Below are positions 1 through 9,676 of a DNA stretch of 64,000 nucleotides, piece by piece. The stretch comes from Polyangiales bacterium (GTDB lineage: Bacteria > Myxococcota_A > Polyangia > Polyangiales > JADJQN01). Under the pieces are notes generated by a model that was not told the DNA's origin, made no database searches, and saw only the letters and a program-made list of their open reading frames with translations. The stretch is taken from assembly GCA_964202905.1 (NCBI GenBank), contig CAXNJO010000002.1, forward strand, positions 608,001 to 672,000, written 5' to 3'. The first letter of the stretch is position 1, and each line of letters begins with the position of its first letter. Position numbers and translations under genes: made by a program.

Positions 1-83
1 TCGCGATCGTCCTCGTCCCGCCAGGCGCGCTCTGCCTGCTCGCGGGCCTCGCGCTCGTCACCCGCGCGGCGCACCGCCGCTGA
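1..83 (+). CDS. 3' end of a membrane protein running in from the window edge
   Basis: Frame from position 3 reads AIVLVPPGALCLLAGLALVTRAAHRR* (hydrophobic helix plus basic tail), stop TGA at 81-83. Confidence 0.4.
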   Translation, partial: AIVLVPPGALCLLAGLALVTRAAHRR

Positions 84-846
84 ACACCGCGATCGCCGCG
101 AGGTGTCGCCCCGACGCCGCCCCGTCGCGGCGGAACGAGTAGAAGCGCGCCGCCTCACACCGCGTGCAGCCGCCCGTGTCGTCGCGGTGTGCGGCCTCGA
201 CGCCGAGCGCGTGAAGCTGCGCGGCGACCACGGCCGCGAGGTCCACGTGCGGCGTGCCGCGCGCGCCACCGGCTGCGACGAACGAGGCGCCCTCCGCGAC
301 GCGCTCGAGCGCCGCGACGACCTCCTCGCCCACCTCGAAACAGCAAGGGCGGATGTGCGGCCCGATCGCGGCTCGCAGATCATCCGGATGGCTCCCGCCT
401 GCGACGAGCGCCTCCACCGCACGCGCGACGATCGACGCCGCGACCCCGCGCCACCCGCCATGCACGGCCGCGACCGCCCCCGTCCGCACGTCCGCGAGCA
501 ACAGCGGGAGACAATCGGCCACGCGCACGCCGACGACCGCCCCGGACACCGCGGAGACGAGCGCGTCGGCCGGCTCCGCGCGCACGGCGTCGGGCGCATC
601 CCCGGACCTGACGACGCGCACGGCCACACCGTGGACCTGCGTGACCTCGAAGAGGCGACCCGCCGGATAGCCGACCGACGCCGCGAACCGCCGGTGGTTC
701 TCCTCAACGTTCACAGAATCGTCACCAAGCCCGCGACCAAGGTTCAGCGACGCGAAACCGCCCGCGCTCGCGCCCCCTGTACGCAGCGAGAATCCGTGCG
801 TGAAACCGGCGTTTTCGAGCATCGGCGAGCGCAGCGCGAGAGGCAC
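58..846 (-). CDS. pgeF: Peptidoglycan editing factor / polyphenol-oxidase-like protein (YfiH/PgeF family)
   Basis: C-terminal part of ORF 58..2910 has HGFS.R.GG, SLNLG, QVHG, ADAL, ADCLP, HGGWRG, IGPHIRPCCFEVG and YSFRR motifs; start GTG 846 (or ATG 822). Confidence 0.9.
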   Translation of the reverse strand: MPLALRSPMLENAGFTHGFSLRTGGASAGGFASLNLGRGLGDDSVNVEENHRRFAASVGYPAGRLFEVTQVHGVAVRVVRSGDAPDAVRAEPADALVSAVSGAVVGVRVADCLPLLLADVRTGAVAAVHGGWRGVAASIVARAVEALVAGGSHPDDLRAAIGPHIRPCCFEVGEEVVAALERVAEGASFVAAGGARGTPHVDLAAVVAAQLHALGVEAAHRDDTGGCTRCEAARFYSFRRDGAASGRHLAAIAVFSGGAPRG

Positions 847-975
847 CGGCGGAGCCTGCCACGGGCCGCGCCCCGCCGGGAAGTCGCGGTTCCACACGGG
901 TGGCCGCGCCCGGATTCGCTGTCTATCCTCGCCGCGGTTTTCGGCCAGTTCGGCACACCCCGAGGGATCCGCGCC

Positions 976-2445
976 ATGTTCGAAGCCCTCACCGTCGATC
1001 CGCTCACGCCGCTCGCCACGGCGTTTCTCGTCGTGGCGCTGCTCGTCGCGTGCGGTTTCGAGTTCGTCAACGGATTCCACGACACCGCCAACGCGGTCGC
1101 GACGGTCATCTACACGAACGCCCTGCGCCCGTGGCGCGCGGTCGTGCTCTCCGGCTTCTTCAACTTCGTCGGCGTGCTCGCGGGCGGCGTCAGCGTCGCG
1201 ATGGGCATCATCAAGCTGCTGCCGACCGAGCTGCTCGTGGCGCAGGGCTCCGGCGTCGCGCTCGCGATGGTCATGGCGCTCCTCGGCGGCGCCATCCTCT
1301 GGAATCTCGGCACCTGGTACCTCGGGCTGCCCGCGTCGTCCTCCCACACGCTCATCGGCGCGATCATCGGCGTCGGACTGGCCAACTCGCTCACGCCGGG
1401 CCACCAGCTCGGCGAGGGCGTCAACTGGTCGAAGGCCGGCGACATCGGCCTCGCGCTGCTGCTCTCCCCGCTCTTCGGCTTCACGGTCGCCGCGCTCCTG
1501 CTGGTGCTGCTCCGCAACTTCGTGCGCGACGCGCGGCTCTTCAAGCCCCCTGCAGGCCACGCCCCGCCGCCGCTCTGGATCCGATCGCTGCTCATCGCCA
1601 CGTGCAGCGGCGTCTCCTTCGCGCACGGCCAGAACGACGGCCAGAAGGGCGTCGGTCTCATCATGCTCATCCTCGTCGGCATCGCGCCGGGCGGTTTCGC
1701 GCTCGACCTCGAAGCGGACGCGGCGCGGGTGCGCGCGGCGCGGGTCGCCGTGCACGAGATCGACGAGCTGCTCGTGCACGCCGAGATCCTCGCCGACGGG
1801 GACGAGGCCGCGCGCCTCGACGCGTCGATCCCCGCCGACGCGCAGCGCATCGACGACCCGCGCGCCGGCGCGCTCGTCGCGCTGCACCGCCTCGAGCGGC
1901 TGCTCGACGACCGGGCGCGCGTGCAAGACATCCCACGCGAGGAGCGCTTCCGCGTGCGGCAGGCGGTGCTGCTGCTCGACGACGCGCTGAAGTCGCTCGG
2001 CAAGGCGGACGCCCTCGCTGCCCTCACCGGCGCCCAGAAGAAGGCGCTCGACGCGCACCGCGACGAGATCAAGGGGCTCACCGACTACGCGCCGCGCTGG
2101 GTGCTGCTCGCCGTGGCGCTCTCGCTCGGCATCGGCACGATGTTCGGCTGGAAGCGCATCGTCGTGACGATCGGCGAGAAGATCGGCAAGGCGCACCTCA
2201 CGTACGCGCAGGGCGCGGCCGCCGAGCTCGTCGCGGCGAGCACCATCTACGTCTCGGGCCAGCTCGGCCTGCCCGTGAGCACCACGCACGTGCTCTCGTC
2301 GGGCATCGCCGGCACGATGGTCGCGCAGAAGTCCGGCCTGCAGCGCGCCACGGTGCGCAACATCCTGCTCGCGTGGCTCCTGACGCTGCCCGCCTCGATG
2401 CTGCTGTCGGGCGGCCTCTTCCTGCTCTTCCGCCTCTTCGTGTAG
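976..2445 (+). CDS. Inorganic phosphate transporter, PiT family
   Basis: NGFHDTANAVAT, GLPASSSH, HGQNDGQK and GLPVSTTH signatures; many TM helices; ATG 976. Confidence 0.93.
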   Translation: MFEALTVDPLTPLATAFLVVALLVACGFEFVNGFHDTANAVATVIYTNALRPWRAVVLSGFFNFVGVLAGGVSVAMGIIKLLPTELLVAQGSGVALAMVMALLGGAILWNLGTWYLGLPASSSHTLIGAIIGVGLANSLTPGHQLGEGVNWSKAGDIGLALLLSPLFGFTVAALLLVLLRNFVRDARLFKPPAGHAPPPLWIRSLLIATCSGVSFAHGQNDGQKGVGLIMLILVGIAPGGFALDLEADAARVRAARVAVHEIDELLVHAEILADGDEAARLDASIPADAQRIDDPRAGALVALHRLERLLDDRARVQDIPREERFRVRQAVLLLDDALKSLGKADALAALTGAQKKALDAHRDEIKGLTDYAPRWVLLAVALSLGIGTMFGWKRIVVTIGEKIGKAHLTYAQGAAAELVAASTIYVSGQLGLPVSTTHVLSSGIAGTMVAQKSGLQRATVRNILLAWLLTLPASMLLSGGLFLLFRLFV

Positions 2446-2496
2446 CCCCGTGCGCCCGTTGCCGCGCGCCGCGCGGCGGCGTACAAGGCGGCCTCG

Positions 2497-2922
2497 ATGG
2501 CACACACATTCCCGTCCCCCGAATGGACCGCGGCCTACAAGGACGCCGTCAACGGCAACGCCGCCTACCGCGAAGCCGGCAAGACGTGGACGCACGGCGC
2601 CGTCGCGTTCGTCGTCGAGAAGGACGCCGCGCTCGGCCTCCCGGACGACTGCGCGATGGTCCTCGACGTGAACGCGGGCGAGTGCCGCGAGACGCACTGG
2701 GTCGCGCGCGCGGTCGCCGAAGCCGAGGCGCCGTTCGTGATCGTCGGCCGCTACGATCGCTGGCGCGACGTGATCACCGGCAAGGACGACCCGATCAAGT
2801 CGATGATGCAGAACAAGTTGCGGCTCGTGAAGGGCCACCTCCCCACGATCATCCGGTACGTCGAGTCTTCCCGGCAACTCGTGAAGAGCGCGTCCGCCGT
2901 CGACAGCCACTGGCTCGCGTGA
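2497..2922 (+). CDS. SCP2 sterol-binding-domain protein
   Basis: FPSPEW N-terminus, W..VITGK.DPIKSMMQNKLRL..G pattern typical of SCP2. Confidence 0.75.
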   Translation: MAHTFPSPEWTAAYKDAVNGNAAYREAGKTWTHGAVAFVVEKDAALGLPDDCAMVLDVNAGECRETHWVARAVAEAEAPFVIVGRYDRWRDVITGKDDPIKSMMQNKLRLVKGHLPTIIRYVESSRQLVKSASAVDSHWLA

Positions 2923-3350
2923 TGACCGAGGTCATCGAGCTCGCGCCCGGCGCCTCCGAGAACGGCCTCGCGACCATGCTCGCGGACCTGCTCCGGCAAA
3001 ACCTCGCCGACAAACCGCACAAGCGCGCCGACTTCGCGCGACTCGCAGGCCGCGTCGCCATCGTCGCCGAGGACGCCGGCGTCGCGCTCACGCTCGAGTT
3101 CGATCGCGGGCGTCTCGTCGTGCACGACGGGATCGTCGGCATCCCGGACGTCACCGTGCGCGCACCGAGCGACGACGTGATGGCGATGTCGCTCGTCGAA
3201 CTCACGCCCCGTCGCGCACTCCCGGACCCGCGCGGCGAGACCATGCGCAAGCTCTGGCAGGGCATGCGCGGCGATCGCATCCACATCCACGGCGCCCTGC
3301 TCCACGCGCCGCTCATGCTGCGCCTCACCCGTGTGATGAGCGTCCACTGA
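2922..3350 (+). CDS. Second SCP2-like protein
   Basis: ATG overlaps upstream TGA; LTLEFDRGRLVV..G..PDVTV and G.IHIHG resemble SCP2 fold proteins. Confidence 0.6.
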   Translation: MTEVIELAPGASENGLATMLADLLRQNLADKPHKRADFARLAGRVAIVAEDAGVALTLEFDRGRLVVHDGIVGIPDVTVRAPSDDVMAMSLVELTPRRALPDPRGETMRKLWQGMRGDRIHIHGALLHAPLMLRLTRVMSVH

Positions 3351-3393
3351 CCGAGTCCGCGGGGATCGGACGCCGGGAACCGCCGGTTCGTGC

Positions 3394-3421
3394 TTGACGC
3401 CCTCGGGCCGTTTGCTAAAAG
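3394..3421 (+). promoter_or_regulatory. sigma70-type promoter of tRNA-Leu
   Basis: TTGACG (3394-3399), 16 nt, TAAAAG (3416-3421) preceded by TGn, just upstream of the tRNA. Confidence 0.5.
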
Positions 3422-3439
3422 GCTCCTCCTGTTGGCAGA

Positions 3440-3526
3440 GCGGATGTGGCGGAATTGGCATACGCGCCAGACTAAGGATCTGGTGGGGTAACTCCCGTGA
3501 AGGTTCAAGTCCTTTCGTCCGCACCA
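3440..3526 (+). tRNA. tRNA-Leu, anticodon reads AAG (long variable arm, encoded CCA)
   Basis: GCGGATG acceptor stem pairing with CGTCCGC, discriminator A, then CCA; anticodon arm CCAGA-CTAAGGA-TCTGG; T loop GTTCAAGTC; 87 nt. Confidence 0.93.
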
Positions 3527-3591
3527 CGGTAGGTTGAGTCAGAGAGTCGTTCGAGCGCGGCGCGCACCCCCGGGTGGGCGCCGTTTCTCGT

Positions 3592-3639
3592 CCGTCTGGC
3601 AGGAGGGCCGTCGGGCAGGAGGGCCGTCTGGCGGGAGGG
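3592..3639. repeat. 3 x 16 bp tandem repeat CCGTC(T/G)GGC(A/G)GGAGGG
   Basis: Units at 3592, 3608 and 3624, each with at most one mismatch to the consensus. Confidence 0.85.
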
Positions 3640-3811
3640 GTGTCCGGCTGCAGTGTTCGCTGACTGCGGGGGTTTTCGGGCCGCAGCGTCCCCCGGCTGG
3701 GGCAGCCTCCAACTGGCTGCATCGCCGAAGACGAACGCAGTTCTTGACCCGCACGCCCCGCCGTGCGGGAATCCCCCTCCGCTGGGGGCCATGTCGGCTC
3801 GGGAGGCGCGC

Positions 3812-4171
3812 ATGTTCCGCGAAGCGCTGCAACAGGTCGTCGACGGTACGGAGGGCGCCATCGCCGCCATCCTGATGGGCTACGACGGCATCCCCGTGGA
3901 GCAATACCTCGCGGGCGATACCTCGCTGAACGTCGAGACCATCGGCATGGAGTTCAGCGTCGTGCTCTCGCAGATCCGCAAGGCCGCCGAGATGCTCGAG
4001 GCGGGCGCGGCGCGCGAGGTCACGATCCAGGCGGAGCAGATGACGACCGTCATCCGCCTGCTCAACGACGAGTACTTCGTCGCGGTCGCGGTCGCGCCGA
4101 GCGGCAACACGGGCAAGGCCCGCTACCTGCTGCGCACCGGCGCCGGCAAGCTGCTCGACGCCCTCGGCTGA
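3812..4171 (+). CDS. mglC: Roadblock/LC7 protein, MglC-like polarity regulator
   Basis: MFREALQQVV..EGA....MGYDGI...YF......GNTGKARY.LR resembles recalled myxobacterial MglC; position upstream of accBC-sgmX fits. Confidence 0.75.
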   Translation: MFREALQQVVDGTEGAIAAILMGYDGIPVEQYLAGDTSLNVETIGMEFSVVLSQIRKAAEMLEAGAAREVTIQAEQMTTVIRLLNDEYFVAVAVAPSGNTGKARYLLRTGAGKLLDALG

Positions 4172-4186
4172 CCCGCGCAGCCGGCG

Positions 4187-4687
4187 ATGCGCGTCCTCGT
4201 CCTGCACGGCCCGAACCTGAACCTGCTCGGGCGCCGCGAGCCGCAGATCTACGGCCGCGAGCCGCTCTCCGCGATCGACACCCGACTCCGTGCCCTCGCC
4301 GACGAGCTCGGCGTCTCGCTCGACATCCACCAGTCGAACCTCGAGGGCGAGCTCGTCACGCGCGTGCAGCGGGCGCTCGGCGTCGCCGACGGAATCCTCC
4401 TGAACCCGGCGGCCTACACGCACACGTCGATCGCGTTGCGCGACGCGCTCGCAGCCGTCGCGCTTCCCGCGGTCGAGGTGCACCTCTCGAACATCCACGC
4501 GCGCGAAGAGTTTCGGCAGCGGTCGCTCACGGCGGCCGCGTGCCTCGGTGTGGTCGGCGGATTCGGCGCCGAGAGCTACCTGCTCGGGCTGCGCGCGCTG
4601 GTCGGACACCTCCGCGCGGCAGGCCCCACCCCGGCGCCCGCCGCCCGGGCCGTCCGCGCCCCTCGTCGCGCGCGGCGCCCGCACTGA
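4187..4687 (+). CDS. aroQ: Type II 3-dehydroquinate dehydratase
   Basis: [32 protein letters not shown] and [14 protein letters not shown] motifs. Confidence 0.97.
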   Translation: MRVLVLHGPNLNLLGRREPQIYGREPLSAIDTRLRALADELGVSLDIHQSNLEGELVTRVQRALGVADGILLNPAAYTHTSIALRDALAAVALPAVEVHLSNIHAREEFRQRSLTAAACLGVVGGFGAESYLLGLRALVGHLRAAGPTPAPAARAVRAPRRARRPH

Positions 4688-4782
4688 CGCGTTGCGTCGC
4701 GACAGACGCGCACGGAGCCGCTATAAGCGGCCGCGGCCCGAATGGGCCCGGGACCCACGCACGCCAAGGAGCCGCCTCTTCG

Positions 4783-5259
4783 ATGGACATCGACCTCAAG
4801 CAGCTGCGCGAGCTGATGCGCGCCCTCAAGCAGTTCGACATCCGTGAGCTCGCCATCGAGAAGGGCGACGAGAAGATCAAACTCGTCCGCGAGGGCGGTG
4901 CGCCTGCGGGCGGCCCGTTGTCCTACGTCGCCTCGCACGGTTACTCGATGGCGCCGCCCCCCGCGCAGGCCGCGGTCGTGGCGAACACCGCGCCCGTGCT
5001 CGCGGTCGACGACCCCAGCCTCGTCTACGTCACGTCCCCCTTCGTCGGGACGTTCTACCGCTCGCCCTCGCCCGACTCGCCATCGTTCGTCGAGGTCGGC
5101 AGCACGATCCGGCCCGGACAAGTGCTCTGCATCGTCGAAGCGATGAAGCTCATGAACGAGATCGAGGCCGAGATCGCCGGCACGGTGGTGGACCTCCTCA
5201 TCGAGAACGGCAAGCCCGTCGAGTACGGCGACAAGCTCTTCCGCGTCCGCAAGGTCTGA
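4783..5259 (+). CDS. accB: Acetyl-CoA carboxylase biotin carboxyl carrier protein
   Basis: [13 protein letters not shown] and EAMKLMNEI biotinylation motif; ATG 4783. Confidence 0.96.
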   Translation: MDIDLKQLRELMRALKQFDIRELAIEKGDEKIKLVREGGAPAGGPLSYVASHGYSMAPPPAQAAVVANTAPVLAVDDPSLVYVTSPFVGTFYRSPSPDSPSFVEVGSTIRPGQVLCIVEAMKLMNEIEAEIAGTVVDLLIENGKPVEYGDKLFRVRKV

Positions 5260-5272
5260 GACGAGCGCCGCC

Positions 5273-6619
5273 GTGTTCAAGAAGATCCTGATCGCGAACC
5301 GCGGCGAGATCGCGCTGCGCATCATCCGCGCCTGCCGCGAGCTCGGCATCGCCACGGTCGCGGTGCACAGCGAGGTCGACGCGCAGGCGCTCCACGTGCG
5401 GTTCGCGGACGAGGCCGTGTGCATCGGCCCGGCGCCGGCGCGGCAGAGCTACCTGCACGTGCCGGCCATCATCGCCGCCGCCGAGATCACCGGCGCCGAC
5501 GCCGTACACCCCGGCTACGGCTTCCTCTCCGAGAACGCCGAGTTCGCCTCGATCTGCGCGCAGTGCGGGCTCGATTTCATCGGCCCGACCCCGGAGGACA
5601 TGCGGCGCTGGGGAGACAAGGTCTCCGCGCGCGAAGCCGCGCGGGAGTACGGGCTCCCGCTGCTCCCCGGCACCGAGGTCCTGCTCGACGCGGATCACGC
5701 GGCGTCCGAGGCCACGCGCATCGGCCTCCCCGTGATGCTCAAGGCCGCAGGCGGTGGCGGCGGCCGCGGGATGAAGATCATCCGCAGCGCCGAGGAGATG
5801 CGGCGCCTGTTCCCGCAGGCCCAGCAGGAGGCGATCGCCGGCTTCAAGAACGGGAACCTCTACTGCGAGCGCTTCGTCGAGGAGCCGCGCCACATCGAGT
5901 TCCAGGTGCTCTGCGACGGCGCGGGCGCCGCGTACGTGCTCGGCGAGCGCGAGTGCTCGATCCAGCGACGCCACCAGAAACTCCTCGAAGAAGCGCCGAG
6001 CGTCGCGGTGTCGGCGGAACTCCGCGCGACCATGACGCAGGTCATCGCGAACGCGATGCGACGCAGCGGCTACCGCTCGCTCGGCACGCTCGAGTTCCTG
6101 ATGGCCGAGGACGGCTCGCTCTCCTTCATGGAGATGAACACCCGCGTGCAGGTCGAGCACCCCGTCACCGAGATGGTCACGGGCATCGACCTCGTCGCCG
6201 AGCAGATCCGCATGGCGGCCGGCGAGGCGCCGAGCTTCGCCGACACGCTCGGCGCCGACGCGCCGATCCTCCCGCGGGGCCACTCGATCGAGTGCCGCAT
6301 CAACGCCGAAGACCCGGTGACCTACGCGCCCTGGCCCGGGCTCATCACCGAGTACCACCCGCCCGGCGGCGCGGGCGTCCGCGTCGACAGCGGCGTGTAC
6401 GGCGGGTTCCGCGTGCCGAGCCACTACGACTCGATGATCGCCAAGGTCATCACGCAGGGCCGCACGCGCGCCGAGGCGATCGCTCGGATGCGCCGCGCGC
6501 TCTCGGAGATGATCGTCACGGGGATCCGCACGAACATCTCCCTCCACCAGCGCATCCTCGAGCACCCGGACTTCGTGTCCGGCAAGCTCTCCACGCGCTT
6601 CCTCGAGCGGCTGGGGTGA
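5273..6619 (+). CDS. accC: Acetyl-CoA carboxylase, biotin carboxylase subunit
   Basis: [33 protein letters not shown] and [14 protein letters not shown]; follows accB. Confidence 0.96.
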   Translation: MFKKILIANRGEIALRIIRACRELGIATVAVHSEVDAQALHVRFADEAVCIGPAPARQSYLHVPAIIAAAEITGADAVHPGYGFLSENAEFASICAQCGLDFIGPTPEDMRRWGDKVSAREAAREYGLPLLPGTEVLLDADHAASEATRIGLPVMLKAAGGGGGRGMKIIRSAEEMRRLFPQAQQEAIAGFKNGNLYCERFVEEPRHIEFQVLCDGAGAAYVLGERECSIQRRHQKLLEEAPSVAVSAELRATMTQVIANAMRRSGYRSLGTLEFLMAEDGSLSFMEMNTRVQVEHPVTEMVTGIDLVAEQIRMAAGEAPSFADTLGADAPILPRGHSIECRINAEDPVTYAPWPGLITEYHPPGGAGVRVDSGVYGGFRVPSHYDSMIAKVITQGRTRAEAIARMRRALSEMIVTGIRTNISLHQRILEHPDFVSGKLSTRFLERLG

Positions 6620-6626
6620 CGCGCGC

Positions 6627-6653
6627 AAAATCCCTCGGATTCGCAGGGTTTTT
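6627..6653. terminator. Putative intrinsic terminator after accC
   Basis: AAAATCCCT-9 nt-AGGGTTTTT hairpin with a T tail. Confidence 0.5.
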
Positions 6654-6679
6654 CGAGCATCGCGCGCGGCTCGTGGCGC

Positions 6680-6709
6680 TTGACCCCGGAGCCGCCGCGG
6701 ACCTATCCT
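6680..6709 (+). promoter_or_regulatory. sigma70-type promoter of the sgmX-like gene
   Basis: TTGACC-18 nt-TATCCT about 55 nt upstream of the GTG start. Confidence 0.45.
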
Positions 6710-6764
6710 CGTCGCTCCGGCTTGGGACGCTCGCCCGAGTCCCCCTCGCCCGCCGGGAGCCAGC

Positions 6765-9581
6765 GTGAGCCTCGACCGCACCAAGATCCTCGATCAGGCC
6801 CAGAAGCACCTTCAAAGGGGCGCTCTGGACAAAGCGATCATCGAGTACCAGAAGCTCGTCAAAGACGACCCGCAGGACGTCCGGACGTGGCTGAAGATTG
6901 GCGACCTGTACACGCGTACGGGCTCGACGCGGGACGCCGTCGACACGTACGGGCGGGTCGCCGAGACCTACGCGCAGCAGGGCTTCTTCTTGAAGGCGGT
7001 CGCCGTCTACAAGCAGATTCTCAAGCTCGATCCGCAATCGCTCGACACGCAGCTGCGGCTAGCGGGCATGTACGAGCACCTCGCGCTCGTCTCCGACGCG
7101 CTCGCGACGTACGAGCAGGTCGCCGCGGTGTTCGCGCGCGAAGGGCAGCTCGAGCGCGGCTTGCAGACGATGGCGCGGATGGTTGAGCTCGACCCCGAGA
7201 ACATCCCCGTGCGCATCAAGCTCGCGGAGTCGCTCTCGAAGGCCGGCAAGACGGCCGAGGCCGCGACCGAGTTCGAGGCGGGCGCACGGCTCCTGCGCGA
7301 GCAGGGCCGCATCGATGACTTCATCAAGGTCGGCGAGCGCCTTCTCTTCCACCGCCCCGACGACGTGAAGCTCGCGCGCGACCTCGCGACGCTCTACCTC
7401 GAGCGCAACGACGCGAAGCGCGCGCTTGCCAAGCTGCAGTCCTGCTTCAAGGCCGACCCGAAGGACGTCGTCACGCTCGAGTTGCTCGGGCAGGCGTTTC
7501 TCGGGCTGCAACAGCAGCAGAAGACCATCAGCGTCTTCAAGGAGATCGCCCGCATCCACCAGGACGCAGGCCGTACGGACCAGCGCGCGCGCATCCTGCA
7601 CAGGATCCTCGAGCTCGATCCGGGCGACGCCGACGCGCGGCAAGCGCTCGCCGGCAGCGCGACCCCCGCCAAGGGCACGCAGCGAGGCTCGATCGACGCG
7701 CCGCCTCCGGCATCGGTGGTACAGCCGGGCGCGCCCCGCGACGCCGCGAACACCTCCCCTGCCGCGCCGCGCGGCCGCCCCGGAAGCCGCGACGTCGAGG
7801 ACTCCGACGAGGAGATCCTCATCGAGGACGAGGGCTCGCAAGCCGCGGCGGCGCCGCGCGGCGCAAAGCCCGATCCCGCCCGTGAAGCGCAGATCGCGCG
7901 ATTGCTCAACGAGTGCGCGGTCTTTCAGCGCTACGGCCTCAAGCAGAAGGTCATCGAGCAGCTCGAGCGGGTGCTCACGCTCGACCCGGGCCACGTCGAA
8001 GCGCGGGACCGCCTGAAGAGCGCGTACCTCGAGGCGAACCGCGTCGGGGACGCGATCAGCCAGCTGCGCATGCTGGTCGATCTGCTCCTCGACGATCACC
8101 CCGACCTGGCCGTCACCGCGCTGCGCGAGTTGATCGCGCTCGCTCCCGACGACGAGGACGCCCGTCAAAAGCTCGCGATCCTCGACGACGAGCCGCCATT
8201 CGACGGCGAGACGCACGTCGGGGACGACACGCTCGGCGGCGGGGCCGTCGAGGCTGCCAGCCCCGTGCCGGAGGACGACGACGCCGTGATGTTCGTCGAT
8301 GACGACGCCGCCGAGAGCACGGCCACCGTCGACGCCTTCGACGACGCGACCCACGCCGGGCCCCCGCTCGACGCGACGTACGACGACGCTCGCCCCGCAC
8401 ACGTGTCGCCGCCTCTCGAGACGGTGCAAGACGGGATGTCCATCGGTCCCGCGACCGTGCACGAGCATCGCCTCGCGGACGAGACCTCCGAGGAGTCCCG
8501 CGACGCATCCCGGGGTGCTGGGACCTCTGGGGGCGACGACCTGACGACGATCCCCGGATCGGCGCTTCCCGGTCTGGGCGCAGAGGCGTTCGCGTCTCCC
8601 GGTGGAGACGCAGACGCGTTCGAGGCCCCCGCTGCCGAGGCGGCGCCCGTCGTCCCGGACGCGGCGCGCCCGGGCCCCCGCGCCGCGCCAAGCCCCGCTG
8701 AGATCGAGGAGATCCTCGACGAGGTGGAGTTCTACCTCGCGCAGGGGCTGGTCGATGAGGCGCGCGAGACGCTCACCGACACCCTCGCCTCGCACCCCGG
8801 ACACCCGCTCATCCTCGAGAAGCTCGCCGACCTCGACGGGGACGGGCACGCCGGGGACCCCGCGCTCGAGTCCGAACCGGAGATCGAAGCGGAGTTCGAG
8901 CCCGAGCCGGAGATCGAAGCCGAGGCCCTCCTCGGGAGCGACGTGCGACTCGAGGACGACGCACCGTTCGAGTCGGTCGCCGGCGACGGGGACGACGCGT
9001 TCCTGCTCGCTGAGCGGCTCGCGGCCGACGTCGAGCCGATGGACGAGCCCGTCGGCACTGCGCCGGCCGTCGACGTCGACCAGGTCTTCGCCCAGTTCAA
9101 GAAGGGCGTCGAGGAGCAGATCGGCCTCGAGGACACCGACACGCACTTCGATCTCGGCATCGCGTACAAGGAGATGGGCCTCCTCGATGACGCCATCGGC
9201 GAGTTCAAACTCTCCATGGCGAATCCCGTGAAGGAGTGCCTCGCCCACACCATGATCGGCCTCTGCTTCGTCGAGAAGGGCGCGATCGCCGACGCCATCG
9301 GGCACTTCAAGAAGGGCCTCTACTGCGACACGAAGAGCGAGCGCGAGGAGCTCGGGCTCTACTTCGAGCTCGGCGCCGCCTACGAGCTGCTGCACGACCC
9401 GAAGGAGGCGCTGTATTACTTCCAGAAGGTGCAGAAGCGCGACGCGGGCTTCCGCAACGCCGCTGCACGGGTCCGCGCGCTCGCCCAGCCGCGTCCCGCA
9501 CCGCCGCCGCCCGCGCCGAGCGCGACCGACGACGTCGATCGTGCCTTCGACGACCTGATGGGCGGCGGTGATGAGGGCTGA
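6765..9581 (+). CDS. sgmX: Multi-TPR protein, SgmX-like (MglA effector / type IV pilus activator)
   Basis: N-terminal TPRs (DKAIIEYQK, GFFLKAVAVYKQILKL), acidic linker, C-terminal TPRs (DTHFDLGIAYKEMGLLDDAI); downstream of accC as recalled for M. xanthus. Confidence 0.75.
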   Translation: MSLDRTKILDQAQKHLQRGALDKAIIEYQKLVKDDPQDVRTWLKIGDLYTRTGSTRDAVDTYGRVAETYAQQGFFLKAVAVYKQILKLDPQSLDTQLRLAGMYEHLALVSDALATYEQVAAVFAREGQLERGLQTMARMVELDPENIPVRIKLAESLSKAGKTAEAATEFEAGARLLREQGRIDDFIKVGERLLFHRPDDVKLARDLATLYLERNDAKRALAKLQSCFKADPKDVVTLELLGQAFLGLQQQQKTISVFKEIARIHQDAGRTDQRARILHRILELDPGDADARQALAGSATPAKGTQRGSIDAPPPASVVQPGAPRDAANTSPAAPRGRPGSRDVEDSDEEILIEDEGSQAAAAPRGAKPDPAREAQIARLLNECAVFQRYGLKQKVIEQLERVLTLDPGHVEARDRLKSAYLEANRVGDAISQLRMLVDLLLDDHPDLAVTALRELIALAPDDEDARQKLAILDDEPPFDGETHVGDDTLGGGAVEAASPVPEDDDAVMFVDDDAAESTATVDAFDDATHAGPPLDATYDDARPAHVSPPLETVQDGMSIGPATVHEHRLADETSEESRDASRGAGTSGGDDLTTIPGSALPGLGAEAFASPGGDADAFEAPAAEAAPVVPDAARPGPRAAPSPAEIEEILDEVEFYLAQGLVDEARETLTDTLASHPGHPLILEKLADLDGDGHAGDPALESEPEIEAEFEPEPEIEAEALLGSDVRLEDDAPFESVAGDGDDAFLLAERLAADVEPMDEPVGTAPAVDVDQVFAQFKKGVEEQIGLEDTDTHFDLGIAYKEMGLLDDAIGEFKLSMANPVKECLAHTMIGLCFVEKGAIADAIGHFKKGLYCDTKSEREELGLYFELGAAYELLHDPKEALYYFQKVQKRDAGFRNAAARVRALAQPRPAPPPPAPSATDDVDRAFDDLMGGGDEG

Positions 9582-9676
9582 CTGACACGCCGGCTGAGCG
9601 CCACGAGGGCTGACGGCGAATCCGAATCTGGCACCCTGCGAGCGTTGGCAGCGCGTGGCTGCGGGAGGTGCACGAT

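Noticed and set aside
3527..3790. Riboswitch upstream of mglC/aroQ
   Set aside because: Hairpins are present but I could not recognise any known aptamer consensus
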